Origin: Clostridia bacterium
GTDB taxonomy: Bacteria; Bacillota; Clostridia; Christensenellales; DTU072
Assembly: GCA_017504305.1 (NCBI GenBank)
Contig: JAFVRJ010000016.1
Location: forward strand, 5,237 to 69,236
DNA length: 64,000 nucleotides
Direction of reading: 5' to 3'
A model generated the notes under the pieces. It was not told where the DNA came from. It searched no databases and was given only the letters and a program-made list of their open reading frames with translations. This document shows positions 11,713 to 21,801 of the stretch, one piece after another (positions within the stretch are counted from its first letter, which is position 1; each line of letters opens with the position of its first letter). The position numbers and the translations under genes were made by a program.

Positions 11713-12408
11713 ATGGAGAAGATTGGGTTGCTTTTGCAAAAAAACGAGGTGCAAGAGCGTAAGTATATTATTGAAAAATTAACTGCTTGGGGCGTTAAGG
11801 ACATAGCGGAAAAAAGATATTTGAAGCACGTTTATCTCGACGTATCTTGCGATGCAAAGACAATCGAACGAATACAACGTGCTATTGCAGATTTAATTAC
11901 CACATTTTATAAGTTTAGGGTACTTATTAGCTCGATTAAGGATATTAAATGCAATATTTATGAGTACTATTCACTTATTGGGGCGCTTCTTTCTACCGAC
12001 CTTGAAAAAGAAAAAAACCATATTATTAACGCCATAAGAAATCTTAAAATAATAGCACCATATTCAATATTACAATTGCGCCTCGATCACCTTATGGACA
12101 ACTGGTTGAGCTTATCCAGTCTTGCATCAGCCCTGATACCATCAAAGCCTAAACCGCAAGAAATATTTGAACTGATATCGTACTTTTTAGCAGACGGCGA
12201 TATTACCCCTCGTCTTACTATTACCGATACAGAGCCGTTGAACATATCAATAAACGGTGAGATCATCCCGCCCGTTCCCTTGACGGATGACGCTGACGTC
12301 AACCTGCTTTTAACCGCTATACGCGAACATCCCAGCCATATAGTAATAAAAAATCAGGACCGCTTGTCCGATCCACTACTAAAGGCTTTTAGGTCGTTGG
12401 GACAATAA
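11713..12408 (+). CDS. Hypothetical protein, possibly YtxC-like sporulation protein
   Basis: Stand-alone ORF with its own terminator; the 'IADLITTFYK', 'LRLDHLMDNW' and 'LLLTAIREHPSHIVI' segments recall YtxC; CATATAAT just upstream. Confidence 0.5.
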   Translation: MEKIGLLLQKNEVQERKYIIEKLTAWGVKDIAEKRYLKHVYLDVSCDAKTIERIQRAIADLITTFYKFRVLISSIKDIKCNIYEYYSLIGALLSTDLEKEKNHIINAIRNLKIIAPYSILQLRLDHLMDNWLSLSSLASALIPSKPKPQEIFELISYFLADGDITPRLTITDTEPLNISINGEIIPPVPLTDDADVNLLLTAIREHPSHIVIKNQDRLSDPLLKAFRSLGQ

Positions 12409-12440
12409 AAAAAGCCAAAACCGAAATGGTTTTGGCTTTT
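12408..12440. terminator. Bidirectional intrinsic terminator
   Basis: AAAAGCCAAAACC-gaaat-GGTTTTGGCTTTT between convergent genes. Confidence 0.9.
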
Positions 12441-12456
12441 AATTATGCATTATAAA

Positions 12457-14118
12457 TTAAAGCTCGGAAGATGTTTGGCCGTTATATAAATCGAAGGCCA
12501 AAGTCTTGCGTTCGCCGTTCTCAATGTATTTTATGGTGATGTAGCCCTTATCGGTGTACTCTGCCGAAATGATCATGGCATTGGATTTTTCAAAGGACTT
12601 TTTCACGATTTCGATTTCCTCATCGCCATACTTACCTACGTTGTCGCTAACGAACAATACGTTGCCGAACAAGTGGTTTACTTTAGCAAGCAACTTCTTT
12701 TGCTCCATCGTGAACTTCAAATTAAAGTCGCGTAGGAAGAATACGTCGGGGTCGTTGCAGAATGCTCTGCCATCCAAATGACGACGGAAGATGCTGTTAT
12801 TGATAGCGTTTTGAGCATCGGGGATTTCTTGGTTGATATGTAAGTATTTATAGAACTTACCGGTATATACGAGGTCAACGTCACAGCTGATACGGCAAGC
12901 ATCGCATACGCCGAACGCGGAACCGAGAGGTACGCCACAACCGAGCAATAATTTATCGCCTACGCACTCTCTTAAGAAGTCCATAGCCTCTGCCATAATT
13001 TGACCACGAGATTTGCCGTTACGCGGGTAAATACATTGGCTATACAAGAAGTCGAGTTTAACCATATCATAGCCCCACTCGTTCAAAATAACGTCGAAGA
13101 AGTTGCGGATATACTCGCGAGCACCTTCGTTATAAATATCGAGGGTATAAGCTCCGCCCCATGCGAATACGCCGAGTTGCGGTTTGCCGTTGGGCCACTT
13201 GAGTAGCCAATCGGGATGCTCTGCTCTCAACTTGGAATTGTGTTGAGCGCTGAAAGGAGCGATCCAAATACCTGCAAGATATCCTTCGTCGTGGATCTTA
13301 TCAGCAATATACTTCATGCCGTTGGGGAACTTGGGAGAAGGCTCAAGCCAATCGCCTACGTAGGGCTCGTAACCATCGTCGATTTGGAATATTGAGACGT
13401 TCTCTTTAACGCGAGAAATGCCCTCTAAATCGCGCAAGATAATCTTCTCGTCGATCTTTTGGAAGTAGTTATACCAGCTGGTATAGCCTGCCATGTGATC
13501 AACGCGGGGCTTAACACAACCATAGTCTGCAAAATATGCATCGAATACGCTATCGTACTCGCCAACGTACTTCTTAACGTTGATGATTTCGTAAGGCTCG
13601 GAGGTAATAACGCCCTCGACGTCCTTGGTTACCTTAAAGGTACCTGCGTTCATGTCGGCATAGAATACGGTAAAGCCCGTTCTCTCATTGAGAGAGCCGT
13701 ATAGCTCAACTTCGGTTTCTCTGCGATAGTAAGCATAAGTGAAGCTGTGGAATTGACCTGCTTTTTTAGAATCGTAATCGATAAAGAAGTAGTCGCCGGA
13801 AAGTCCTGCCATCTCGCGACCTTTCTTGGTCAACTTGGTCAAAGGGGTAAGACCCTTTTGTACGTCGTCTGCCGTAACTTCTTTAGAAGTGGTCCAAGCT
13901 TGATATCCGTTGTAATAGAAACGCTCGGTATTAGTTACGGGATGCAAATACTTGAGCTCAACTTTAATTAGTTCTAATTCTTGTTTGGGGTTCAAAATCA
14001 ATCTTACGCCGTTGTCGGTACATTCTTCTTCAACGTAGTAGTGGTTGGTTTGATACAAGTCCTCTTCGAATATCTCGTTACCAACGCGATACTTGATATA
14101 CAACTTGCTTTCTTTCAT
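12457..14118 (-). CDS. Alpha-galactosidase, GH36 family
   Basis: GYTSWYNYF, FQIDDGY, GIWIAPF, VKLDF (nucleophile Asp), CRISCD (acid/base Asp), NDPD; no signal peptide. Confidence 0.88.
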   Translation of the reverse strand: MKESKLYIKYRVGNEIFEEDLYQTNHYYVEEECTDNGVRLILNPKQELELIKVELKYLHPVTNTERFYYNGYQAWTTSKEVTADDVQKGLTPLTKLTKKGREMAGLSGDYFFIDYDSKKAGQFHSFTYAYYRRETEVELYGSLNERTGFTVFYADMNAGTFKVTKDVEGVITSEPYEIINVKKYVGEYDSVFDAYFADYGCVKPRVDHMAGYTSWYNYFQKIDEKIILRDLEGISRVKENVSIFQIDDGYEPYVGDWLEPSPKFPNGMKYIADKIHDEGYLAGIWIAPFSAQHNSKLRAEHPDWLLKWPNGKPQLGVFAWGGAYTLDIYNEGAREYIRNFFDVILNEWGYDMVKLDFLYSQCIYPRNGKSRGQIMAEAMDFLRECVGDKLLLGCGVPLGSAFGVCDACRISCDVDLVYTGKFYKYLHINQEIPDAQNAINNSIFRRHLDGRAFCNDPDVFFLRDFNLKFTMEQKKLLAKVNHLFGNVLFVSDNVGKYGDEEIEIVKKSFEKSNAMIISAEYTDKGYITIKYIENGERKTLAFDLYNGQTSSEL

Positions 14119-14155
14119 AAGATTTATTCCTCCGAAAATGTATTTAACTTATTTA

Positions 14156-14184
14156 TTATATACCAGACTTGAATAATTGGCAAG
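14156..14184 (-). promoter_or_regulatory. Putative sigma-A promoter of the GH36 gene
   Basis: Minus strand TTGCCA-17 nt-TATAAT. Confidence 0.6.
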
Positions 14185-14202
14185 TCAATATGGATAACGT
14201 AA

Positions 14203-15387
14203 TTATGCCTTACGGCTTGCGCCATAATTAATCTTTACAGCTTTCTTAAAGAGCAAATAGTCGTATTTGGGCTTCCATTGGTCGCCTGTATCTACCCCTT
14301 TTTTGAAAGAATCTTTATTAAGTGCAACGTTAATCTCGGTAATTCCTTTGATTTGATTATCCTCTTTATAAACACAATCCCAAAAAGCATGGTGGCCAAT
14401 GTAGTTGACGCTTGAGGGTATATAGAGATAATCCATCGATTGATTGTAGCTGAAGGAGTCGGAGCCTAAATACTCCAAGCCCTCGGGTAACGAGTAGTAT
14501 ACGCTACCATCCGCTTTATAGGAATAGACGTTCTTAAGAGCAGTGGCTCGGAAGAAGCCTAACGTCTCGATACTCTTTAATCCTTCCGGTAAATATACGT
14601 TGACAAGATCGGTATAGTTAAAACATAATTTACCGACTTTAGTTACGCTTGCAGGAATCTTATAGGTTAACACGTCGTTAACGTAAGCTTCACTTTGCTT
14701 GTCGACATCTTCACCGAAGCCGAGTTTGCTCTGAAGGTATTGAGAACGCTTGATGGGGAAACAAATAATTTCAGTCATGTCCTTATTGTAAAGAACCCCG
14801 TCTACGTCGCAGTATGCAGGATTGTCTTCAGCGACTTCGATACGCTCAAGCGCGTTGCAAGAATAAAACGACTTGCCGTCAATAGACGTTACCTTTGCGC
14901 CTATATACACTACTTTGAGCTTTTCATCACAGTTAAACGCGTATTCTCTTATCGACGTGATGGGTTTGGTTTCATCCTCAACAAAATAGAAGTTTGTGTT
15001 GGGATCGGGATTCCCCTCTTGATACTTAAGTTCGGTTACGTACTCTACGTTAAGCTCTGTTACGTAGCCGGTGTTGCTAAACTTACTTAACTCGTATCCC
15101 TCTTCCTTTGCCTTATAATCGAAGGTTTCTTTACGAACGGCCTGTACGCTAAAGTACAACGCTAAAGCTATAGCCACGACGATTACGACGACAAATACGA
15201 TTTGCTTCAAAAGCTTATATTTGTAAGGTTTGTTTACGTGAGGAGCCGCAAGACCATCAATTTTATAAGTCCAAATTTCATCTTCGGCGATGTTTAACGG
15301 ATTATGCACGGGAGTGACTTCTTCCACAGATTGTGCGGATACGGGATTTTGTTCTTCAATAACGTTTTCTTTTTTATTCTCGTCCAT
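14203..15387 (-). CDS. Membrane-anchored BspA/TpLRR-type leucine-rich repeat protein
   Basis: One TM helix (IVFVVVIVVAIALALYFSV); repeats ITSIREYAF, VTSIDGKSF, IPASVTKVGKLCF, LPEGLKSIETLGF, IPSSVNYIGHHAF; DGVLYNKD motif. Confidence 0.85.
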   Translation of the reverse strand: MDENKKENVIEEQNPVSAQSVEEVTPVHNPLNIAEDEIWTYKIDGLAAPHVNKPYKYKLLKQIVFVVVIVVAIALALYFSVQAVRKETFDYKAKEEGYELSKFSNTGYVTELNVEYVTELKYQEGNPDPNTNFYFVEDETKPITSIREYAFNCDEKLKVVYIGAKVTSIDGKSFYSCNALERIEVAEDNPAYCDVDGVLYNKDMTEIICFPIKRSQYLQSKLGFGEDVDKQSEAYVNDVLTYKIPASVTKVGKLCFNYTDLVNVYLPEGLKSIETLGFFRATALKNVYSYKADGSVYYSLPEGLEYLGSDSFSYNQSMDYLYIPSSVNYIGHHAFWDCVYKEDNQIKGITEINVALNKDSFKKGVDTGDQWKPKYDYLLFKKAVKINYGASRKA

Positions 15388-15396
15388 AAATCCCTC

Positions 15397-17160
15397 CTAA
15401 CCTATAAAGGCTCCGTGTGATTTTTCACCTGCTTCTTCAGCTTTATGAGCAGTTACTTCAGCGCGCCTCTTCAAAACTTCCATAACAAGATTTTGCTTCT
15501 TTGTATCGTAGTCCCAGAAGAAATATGGTATCGCCATCAAAACAAATCCTACTACGTCTATAATCATTGGTACCAAAATAATCTTCATACGCGACTCGTC
15601 AATAAATAGTACGTCCCAGTTACTATTAAAGCCGTACTCCAACAATAGAAGCGGTATGATTAATCCTATAAACGAGGTGATAGGTCCGGTAAACCAACCA
15701 AAGATACCCGAGAAGCTTTCAAGTCTTTCGCCAGACAAATACATCTGATAGTCGTTGACACGAACGTTCATATCGTGGCCGACCGAAGTGGGAACGGTTT
15801 TTGTTATTTCCATTAGGAATAACATTACGCAACATAGCGTACCGCAAAGCACCAAATTTTCGCCACAGAATAGGATTGCAAGAATAATTATGCCGTTACC
15901 AAGCGCGCGTACAAGTTGATAGAAAATCATAATTTGCTTGTAGCTGAATCTCTTAATAAAATACGGCGTAAACAAATCGGGCGGTGTCCCCGCAAAAGAA
16001 ATAATACCTACTATGAGCGCGTAAGAAAGTCCACTCAAACGGAAGGTATAAAGATAAAGGATGGTAGTAAAGCCCAACATGCCGTTGCCAAGTGAATCCA
16101 ATAGATAAACTATGGTCTGGATCCAGCGATACTTATTGTGCAATACGCCGAATAACCCATCCCAGAATTTAATATGTACTTTCTTTTCGATCGGCGGTTG
16201 CGGAATACGCTCGGTAACACGACCGGCAAAAACCATAGTCAACGATGCAAAAGTAATAAATATAACGGGAATTACAAATCTAAATACGTTTATATCCGCC
16301 CACTCGTAACGAAGCGTTCCGATGATTATCGGTATTAAAAACGCAATTATTGAGTTGAAGGTATGACTAAACTTGATTGGGTAAGTTCTTACAATAATAC
16401 GTTCGTCTACGTTGGGACTTATGTTCATAGCACAAGTTTCCAAACAGTTGCCAAAACCGAACACATTGTATACCGCAAACAATAAATTGGCTACCCAAAC
16501 ACGAGTTACGACGTCGGTAATCTCATAAACCGGCAACCAGCCGATCAAAATAACCATTACGCACTTCGGAATAAAGTCGCAGTACAAGCCGTATTTATAT
16601 CTACCAAACTTCGGCAGTAAAACTTTACGCCAGAAAATATTACGAGCGCCTACCCAACCGCTATGCAAAATATGGGTACCAAGTATTTTAAACACCGAGT
16701 TAGCATTTAAGCCTTCCAACCCGTTCATATAAGTTACGAACGCGCCCGTCTGATTAAATAAACTCGAAATATCTCCTATTATTAAGCCAAGGCCTATCGC
16801 CATTAATGAAAGATAGACTGCGTATAGTTTGTACTCCGTTTTCTTTGGAAGGTTAGCAAGGTTATCGCAAACATACCACCATATCAGCGACCAAATGTAA
16901 CCGAGGGGCATATTAATGAGGCCAATTATCGCATAAGTCAAATAGGGCAACTTGTAATGATACATCATCAAATAGCATAACGCGTTAAACCCTATGTATT
17001 CTAAAGTTTTCGCTCCGGTATAGTTACTGCCCACGGCAATAAAAATATCCTTGTACTCCTTGTATGGGACGTATTTACCGGGGGCCGGCGTACTCCAGTG
17101 TTCCTTAAACTCCCCAAAGACACTTTTGACTTTAGAGATTATCATTTCTTTTTTGCTCAT
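15397..17160 (-). CDS. MFS transporter, probably sugar/glycoside:cation symporter (GPH-like)
   Basis: Many hydrophobic helices; KFGRYK, ISPNVDER, RVTERI and DYQMYLSGERLES loops typical of the MelB/MFS_2 family. Confidence 0.75.
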   Translation of the reverse strand: MSKKEMIISKVKSVFGEFKEHWSTPAPGKYVPYKEYKDIFIAVGSNYTGAKTLEYIGFNALCYLMMYHYKLPYLTYAIIGLINMPLGYIWSLIWWYVCDNLANLPKKTEYKLYAVYLSLMAIGLGLIIGDISSLFNQTGAFVTYMNGLEGLNANSVFKILGTHILHSGWVGARNIFWRKVLLPKFGRYKYGLYCDFIPKCVMVILIGWLPVYEITDVVTRVWVANLLFAVYNVFGFGNCLETCAMNISPNVDERIIVRTYPIKFSHTFNSIIAFLIPIIIGTLRYEWADINVFRFVIPVIFITFASLTMVFAGRVTERIPQPPIEKKVHIKFWDGLFGVLHNKYRWIQTIVYLLDSLGNGMLGFTTILYLYTFRLSGLSYALIVGIISFAGTPPDLFTPYFIKRFSYKQIMIFYQLVRALGNGIIILAILFCGENLVLCGTLCCVMLFLMEITKTVPTSVGHDMNVRVNDYQMYLSGERLESFSGIFGWFTGPITSFIGLIIPLLLLEYGFNSNWDVLFIDESRMKIILVPMIIDVVGFVLMAIPYFFWDYDTKKQNLVMEVLKRRAEVTAHKAEEAGEKSHGAFIG

Positions 17161-17284
17161 TGGCAATCCCTCGTTTGTAATACTAATATATTAACATAAG
17201 TTAATAACCTTTACAAGATGCAATTTATATTCTAACTTTGTAATATTAAAGTAATATATGCCTCATCGTTGAATATCGTATTGT

Positions 17285-18136
17285 ATGCCTAAACTAAAAA
17301 TCCATCCTTCTTTTTGGTTATATGCATTAATTATGGTCATAAGTAGCGACTACGTTTACTTCATCGCCAGCTTGTTTGCCGTAATGCTACACGAATTTGC
17401 ACATGCAAAGGTAGCATATAGTTGCGGTTATTACTTAAACCAAATAAATCTAACCCCTTTTGGCGCGATGTTGCAAGGTGGTGAAAAAATAAAAGATAGC
17501 GACGGTATAAAAATAGCCGTTGCAGGGCCGTTATCAAACTTTTGCTGTTGCATATTACTCCTTGCCATATGGTGGTTGATACCGTCGAGTTACTCCTACA
17601 CTAAAGTGATTTACAAGGCAAATCTTGTAATCGGAGCGTTTAATCTACTCCCTATTTTCCCTTTGGACGGAGCAAGAGTTCTTATTGCCGTTGCCAACAA
17701 ACCTCTTAAACTATTAAAGGCACTTCGCATCGTAGGCATCCTATCGTCGACTATGCTATTCATAGGCTTTTTAGCATCCTTTTTCGTACAAGTTAATTAT
17801 TCGCTTGGCATAATGGCAACAATAATCTATTTATCGTCTGTTGGGGGAACTGAAAAGGAAACTTATCGCCTTATTGCAAACGCAATACCGTACTCAAAAA
17901 GCTTTGATGCTCCAATAAAAAAGAGTACCGTAATGGTACATCTTGATCTTAAGCTGATAAGGTTATTACGCCATATAAAGCCTGATACAGACACGATATT
18001 CGAGGTGGTTGACGACAATCTTAAAGTTATTACAACTCTAAATGAACAGGCTGTGCGCGAGCTTGCTTTAAGATACTCGCCACAATCAACCATCAAAGAA
18101 CTTTTATCTCTTTACTTCGATGATAAACCAAATTAA
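17285..18136 (+). CDS. spoIVFB: M50 intramembrane metalloprotease, SpoIVFB-like
   Basis: KIHPSF N-terminus, HEFAH, LTPFGA, IAVAGP, NLLPIFPLDG. Confidence 0.75.
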   Translation: MPKLKIHPSFWLYALIMVISSDYVYFIASLFAVMLHEFAHAKVAYSCGYYLNQINLTPFGAMLQGGEKIKDSDGIKIAVAGPLSNFCCCILLLAIWWLIPSSYSYTKVIYKANLVIGAFNLLPIFPLDGARVLIAVANKPLKLLKALRIVGILSSTMLFIGFLASFFVQVNYSLGIMATIIYLSSVGGTEKETYRLIANAIPYSKSFDAPIKKSTVMVHLDLKLIRLLRHIKPDTDTIFEVVDDNLKVITTLNEQAVRELALRYSPQSTIKELLSLYFDDKPN

Positions 18137-18332
18137 CTTGCATAGTATTCTTTCCTTCAACTTGCTCAAATAGGATACTTAAATCGGCTTGTTGGTAGTC
18201 TAAATAGCTATTTAGTAGCTGGATTAAGTCTTGCCTAAACATTGCTTCGACTTCCTTTCCAATACTGCTTTCGCGCGATATTGACTTATTCAAACGCTCG
18301 TATGAAATGCTACCTTCGCTCTTTTTACTCAT
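18093..18332 (-). CDS. Small protein, divergent MinE-like
   Basis: Overlaps the minD stop; 'ISYERLNKSISRE' and 'MFRQDLIQLLNSYLD' echo MinE 'AKERLKLVL' and 'MKEEIIxVISKY'. Confidence 0.5.
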   Translation of the reverse strand: MSKKSEGSISYERLNKSISRESSIGKEVEAMFRQDLIQLLNSYLDYQQADLSILFEQVEGKNTMQVNLVYHRSKEIKVL

Positions 18333-19093
18333 CTAAAAAATCTCCCTAAAAATCTGTTTCGAGTACAATCGTATACCTGTTCACTGCGCTTTAATATTAC
18401 GTCCTTTAACATATCGTAAGCTATCGAGGCTTTGTCGTGCATCCTATTGCTAATTGTTGAATACACTCCTATACGATCGCTTTCCGGTATAACTCCGTAA
18501 AGTGGCAAGCGAAGTAGCTCTGCAATTGAGCGAGCATCAAGCGTTTCGCCTTTTACCTCAAGATCACCTCTTACTCTATTGACGACTAATCCGATTCCTC
18601 TTATATCATAGGTGCCAAGCAACGATAACACCCTATCAGCATCTTTTACCGCACTGACGTGGGGCGTAGTTACTATTATCGCTTCACGCGCACTACAAGC
18701 CGTCCGATGAAAGCCAAGCTCTACACCGGCAGGAGCATCAATCAAAACGTAGTCGGCGTATAATTGCGCCTCGGTTACTATTGAGGTAAAAGTTCCCGCC
18801 TTAACGCGGTCGGAACAATGTGCCTTTGCCGACGGAAGCAGTTTTAACCCTGTACCATCGTTATCCTCTACAAGTGCTTGTTTGATTTTGGCACGACCTT
18901 CTATTACGTCTATTATGTCGTATACTACTTTGTCCTCAACGCCTAACGCAACGTCTAAATTATTTAGCCCGATATCACCGTCGATCAACAACGTGCGATA
19001 ACCTTCTTTAGCCAATTTTAGTCCAAGATTTGCAGTAACCGTCGTCTTCCCTACTCCGCCCTTGCCTGATGCAATTAGAATTGTTCTTGCCAT
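18329..19093 (-). CDS. minD: Septum site-determining ATPase MinD
   Basis: SGKGGVGKTT, DGDIGLNNLD, DAPAG, amphipathic C-terminus FLGRFFR; start at MARTIL after GAGAGG. Confidence 0.92.
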   Translation of the reverse strand: MARTILIASGKGGVGKTTVTANLGLKLAKEGYRTLLIDGDIGLNNLDVALGVEDKVVYDIIDVIEGRAKIKQALVEDNDGTGLKLLPSAKAHCSDRVKAGTFTSIVTEAQLYADYVLIDAPAGVELGFHRTACSAREAIIVTTPHVSAVKDADRVLSLLGTYDIRGIGLVVNRVRGDLEVKGETLDARSIAELLRLPLYGVIPESDRIGVYSTISNRMHDKASIAYDMLKDVILKRSEQVYDCTRNRFLGRFFR

Positions 19094-19130
19094 AAAAAAA
19101 CCTCTCTTCATATTAGAACGTGAAGAGAGG
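19094..19130 (-). terminator. Terminator-like hairpin after valS that contains the minD RBS
   Basis: CCTCTCTTCA-10 nt loop-TGAAGAGAGG followed by T7 and then directly the minD ATG. Confidence 0.75.
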
Positions 19131-19164
19131 CGAATTTTTAGAAATATTTAATTATTATAGGTAA

Positions 19165-21792
19165 TTACATATTTTTGAGTTCTTCAATACGCTCGAGAAG
19201 TTTAGCCTTCTTTTCGGTATTTGCTTGGAGCTTAATCTTTTCGTTTTCGATAAGTTGCTTGGGAGCTTTAGCGACAAAGCCTTGGTTATTAAGCATACCT
19301 TCGCTACGCTTGATTTCGCCTTCAGTTGTTTTAAGTTCCTTTTCAAGTCTTTGAAGTTCCTTTTCAACATCAACGAGTTCGCCAAGAGGAATATAAATTT
19401 CAGAGCCGGATGCTACTATAGAAACGCTCTTTTCGGTAACTTCCGATTTATCAGCAATAAACTTAATGCCTTCAACGTTTGCGAGCTTCATAATGTAACT
19501 TACGTTCTTACCAATGTATTGAGCTTCGTTACTTACAACGTAAAGGTTGAGTTTCTTGGAAACTGGTACGTCCATTTCGGCACGAAGATTACGTACGGAA
19601 CGGATGATGTCCTTGATACTTTCGAACTTCTCGAAATCGGCCTTATTAGCGTACTTCTTGTTATATGCAGGGTACTCTGCAAGCATAATGGTCGACTCCT
19701 CGCCGCACTCTTGCCAAATGCGCTCGGTAATGAAGGGGGTGAAGGGATGCATAAGCTTGAGGATTTGCTTAAGAACGTAAGTAAGTACTGCAAGGGTTTC
19801 ACACTTTTGCTTTTCGTTATCGCTATAAAGAGCAGGCTTGGTCAACTCGATGTACCAATCGCAGAAGTCACTCCAAATGAAATCGTATAACGCTGCGTTT
19901 GCCATACCCATCTCATATTTTTTAAGATAAGTATTAACTTCGCGGGTTACTTTATTTAACTTAAAGAGAATCCACTTATCAGCAGGTGTGTATCTGAAGC
20001 TACCGATTTTTGGTAAATTCTTACCTTCACTATTCATCAATACGAAACGAGATGCATTCCATAGTTTATTGAGGAAGTTTCTTGCAGGCTCGATCTTATC
20101 TTCACTAAACCTAATATCGGAGCCGGGAGCAACACCTGTAGTCAAGCTGAAGCGCAATGCATCGGCGCCGTATTTGTCGATAAGCTCCAACGGATCGATA
20201 CCGTTGCCAAGGGACTTACTCATCTTTCTGCCCTTAGCATCTCTAACGATACCGTGGATTAAAACTTCGGGGAAGGGAATTTCGCCCATATGCTCTAAAC
20301 CGCTGAATATCATACGAGCTACCCAGAAGAAGATAATGTCGTATGCGGTTACCAAAACGTTGGTGGGATAGAAGTACTTGAGGTCTGCGGTGTTATCCGG
20401 GAATCCTAAAGTGGAGAAAGGCCATAGAGCGGAGCTGAACCAAGTATCAAGAACGTCCTCGTCTTGGTGGATGTCTTTACAACCGCACTTGGGGCAACAA
20501 GTAGGATCTTCTTTTTCTACTATAACTTCGCCACACTCGGGGCAGTACCATGCAGGTATACGATGTCCCCACCATAGTTGACGGGAAATACACCAATCCT
20601 TAATGTTCTCCATCCAATTGAAATAGGTCTTTGAAAATCTTTCGGGGATGAAGTTAATCTTCTTATCTTTAACAACCTTTAATGCCGGGGCTGCAAGGCT
20701 ATCCATCTTAACGAACCATTGCTTGGAAACGATGGGTTCTACAACGCTCTTGCAACGATAGCACTCGCCAACGTTGTGGGTGTAAGGCTCGATCTTTTCC
20801 ATCAAACCAAGAGCCTCTAAATCAGCAACGATCTTCTTGCGAGCTTCGTCCCTATCAAGTCCTACGTATGCAAAGCCGTTTTCGTTAATTACGCCTGCGT
20901 CGTCCATAATACGGATAACCTCGAGGTTATGACGTAAACCTACTTCGAAGTCATTGGGATCGTGTGCAGGAGTGATTTTTACGCAACCGGTACCGAAGTC
21001 TAACTCTACGTAATCATCGGCAACAATCGGTATAAGTCTATCGGTAAAAGGAAGCTTGAGCATCTTACCAATCTTATCGGTATAACGAGGATCTTTGGGG
21101 TTAACTGCAACTGCGGTATCGCCAAGTAAAGTTTCGGGACGGGTGGTTGCAATAATAAGATATCCCGATCCATCGGCGTACGGATAGCGGATATGCCATA
21201 AGAAACCGGCTTTCTCATCGTACTCAACTTCTGCATCACTTAAAGCGGTTTCGCAATGAGGACACCAGTTGATGATACGGCTACCTTGATATATTAGTCC
21301 TTTGCGGTATAAGTTTACAAAGACCTCTCTAACTGCTTTAGAGCAACGCTCGTCCATTGTAAAGGCCTCGCGCGACCAATCGCAAGAGCTACCAAGTCTA
21401 CGAAGTTGCTTTACGATTTTACCGCCGTAGGTTGCCTTCCACTCGTATGCACGCTTTAAGAATTCTTCACGACCGATAGTCTCTTTATCAAGACCTTCTT
21501 CGCGGAGTTTATCAACGATTTTAACTTCGGTAGCGATACTTGCGTGGTCGGTACCGGGAAGCCATAACGTAGAGTAACCTTGCATGCGCTTATGTCTGAT
21601 GATGATATCTTGCAAGGTATTGTTAAGAGCGTGGCCCATATGAAGTTGGCCGGTTATGTTGGGTGGCGGAATTACTATAGAAAAGGGAGTTTTATTCTCG
21701 TCTACTTCAGGACGGAAATATCCGCTCTTTTCCCATTGCTCGTATATGCTGTTTTCAAAACTTTGCGGTTCAAAATTTTTAGGGAGTTCCAT
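19165..21792 (-). CDS. valS: Valine--tRNA ligase
   Basis: [31 protein letters not shown]-terminal coiled coil. Confidence 0.98.
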   Translation of the reverse strand: MELPKNFEPQSFENSIYEQWEKSGYFRPEVDENKTPFSIVIPPPNITGQLHMGHALNNTLQDIIIRHKRMQGYSTLWLPGTDHASIATEVKIVDKLREEGLDKETIGREEFLKRAYEWKATYGGKIVKQLRRLGSSCDWSREAFTMDERCSKAVREVFVNLYRKGLIYQGSRIINWCPHCETALSDAEVEYDEKAGFLWHIRYPYADGSGYLIIATTRPETLLGDTAVAVNPKDPRYTDKIGKMLKLPFTDRLIPIVADDYVELDFGTGCVKITPAHDPNDFEVGLRHNLEVIRIMDDAGVINENGFAYVGLDRDEARKKIVADLEALGLMEKIEPYTHNVGECYRCKSVVEPIVSKQWFVKMDSLAAPALKVVKDKKINFIPERFSKTYFNWMENIKDWCISRQLWWGHRIPAWYCPECGEVIVEKEDPTCCPKCGCKDIHQDEDVLDTWFSSALWPFSTLGFPDNTADLKYFYPTNVLVTAYDIIFFWVARMIFSGLEHMGEIPFPEVLIHGIVRDAKGRKMSKSLGNGIDPLELIDKYGADALRFSLTTGVAPGSDIRFSEDKIEPARNFLNKLWNASRFVLMNSEGKNLPKIGSFRYTPADKWILFKLNKVTREVNTYLKKYEMGMANAALYDFIWSDFCDWYIELTKPALYSDNEKQKCETLAVLTYVLKQILKLMHPFTPFITERIWQECGEESTIMLAEYPAYNKKYANKADFEKFESIKDIIRSVRNLRAEMDVPVSKKLNLYVVSNEAQYIGKNVSYIMKLANVEGIKFIADKSEVTEKSVSIVASGSEIYIPLGELVDVEKELQRLEKELKTTEGEIKRSEGMLNNQGFVAKAPKQLIENEKIKLQANTEKKAKLLERIEELKNM

Positions 21793-21801
21793 GTTTACCT
21801 C

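Noticed and set aside
17174-17249. Direct repeat TTTGTAATA(C/T)TAA at 17174 and 17237 upstream of the MFS gene
   Set aside because: AT-rich context and only two copies; cannot be distinguished from chance or promoter elements without comparative data.
19225-19890. 221-aa antisense ORF in valS, and the many similar shadow ORFs opposite der, typA, proA, yebC, thrS and others
   Set aside because: Fully antisense to conserved genes; explained by codon bias leaving the opposite strand stop-poor.
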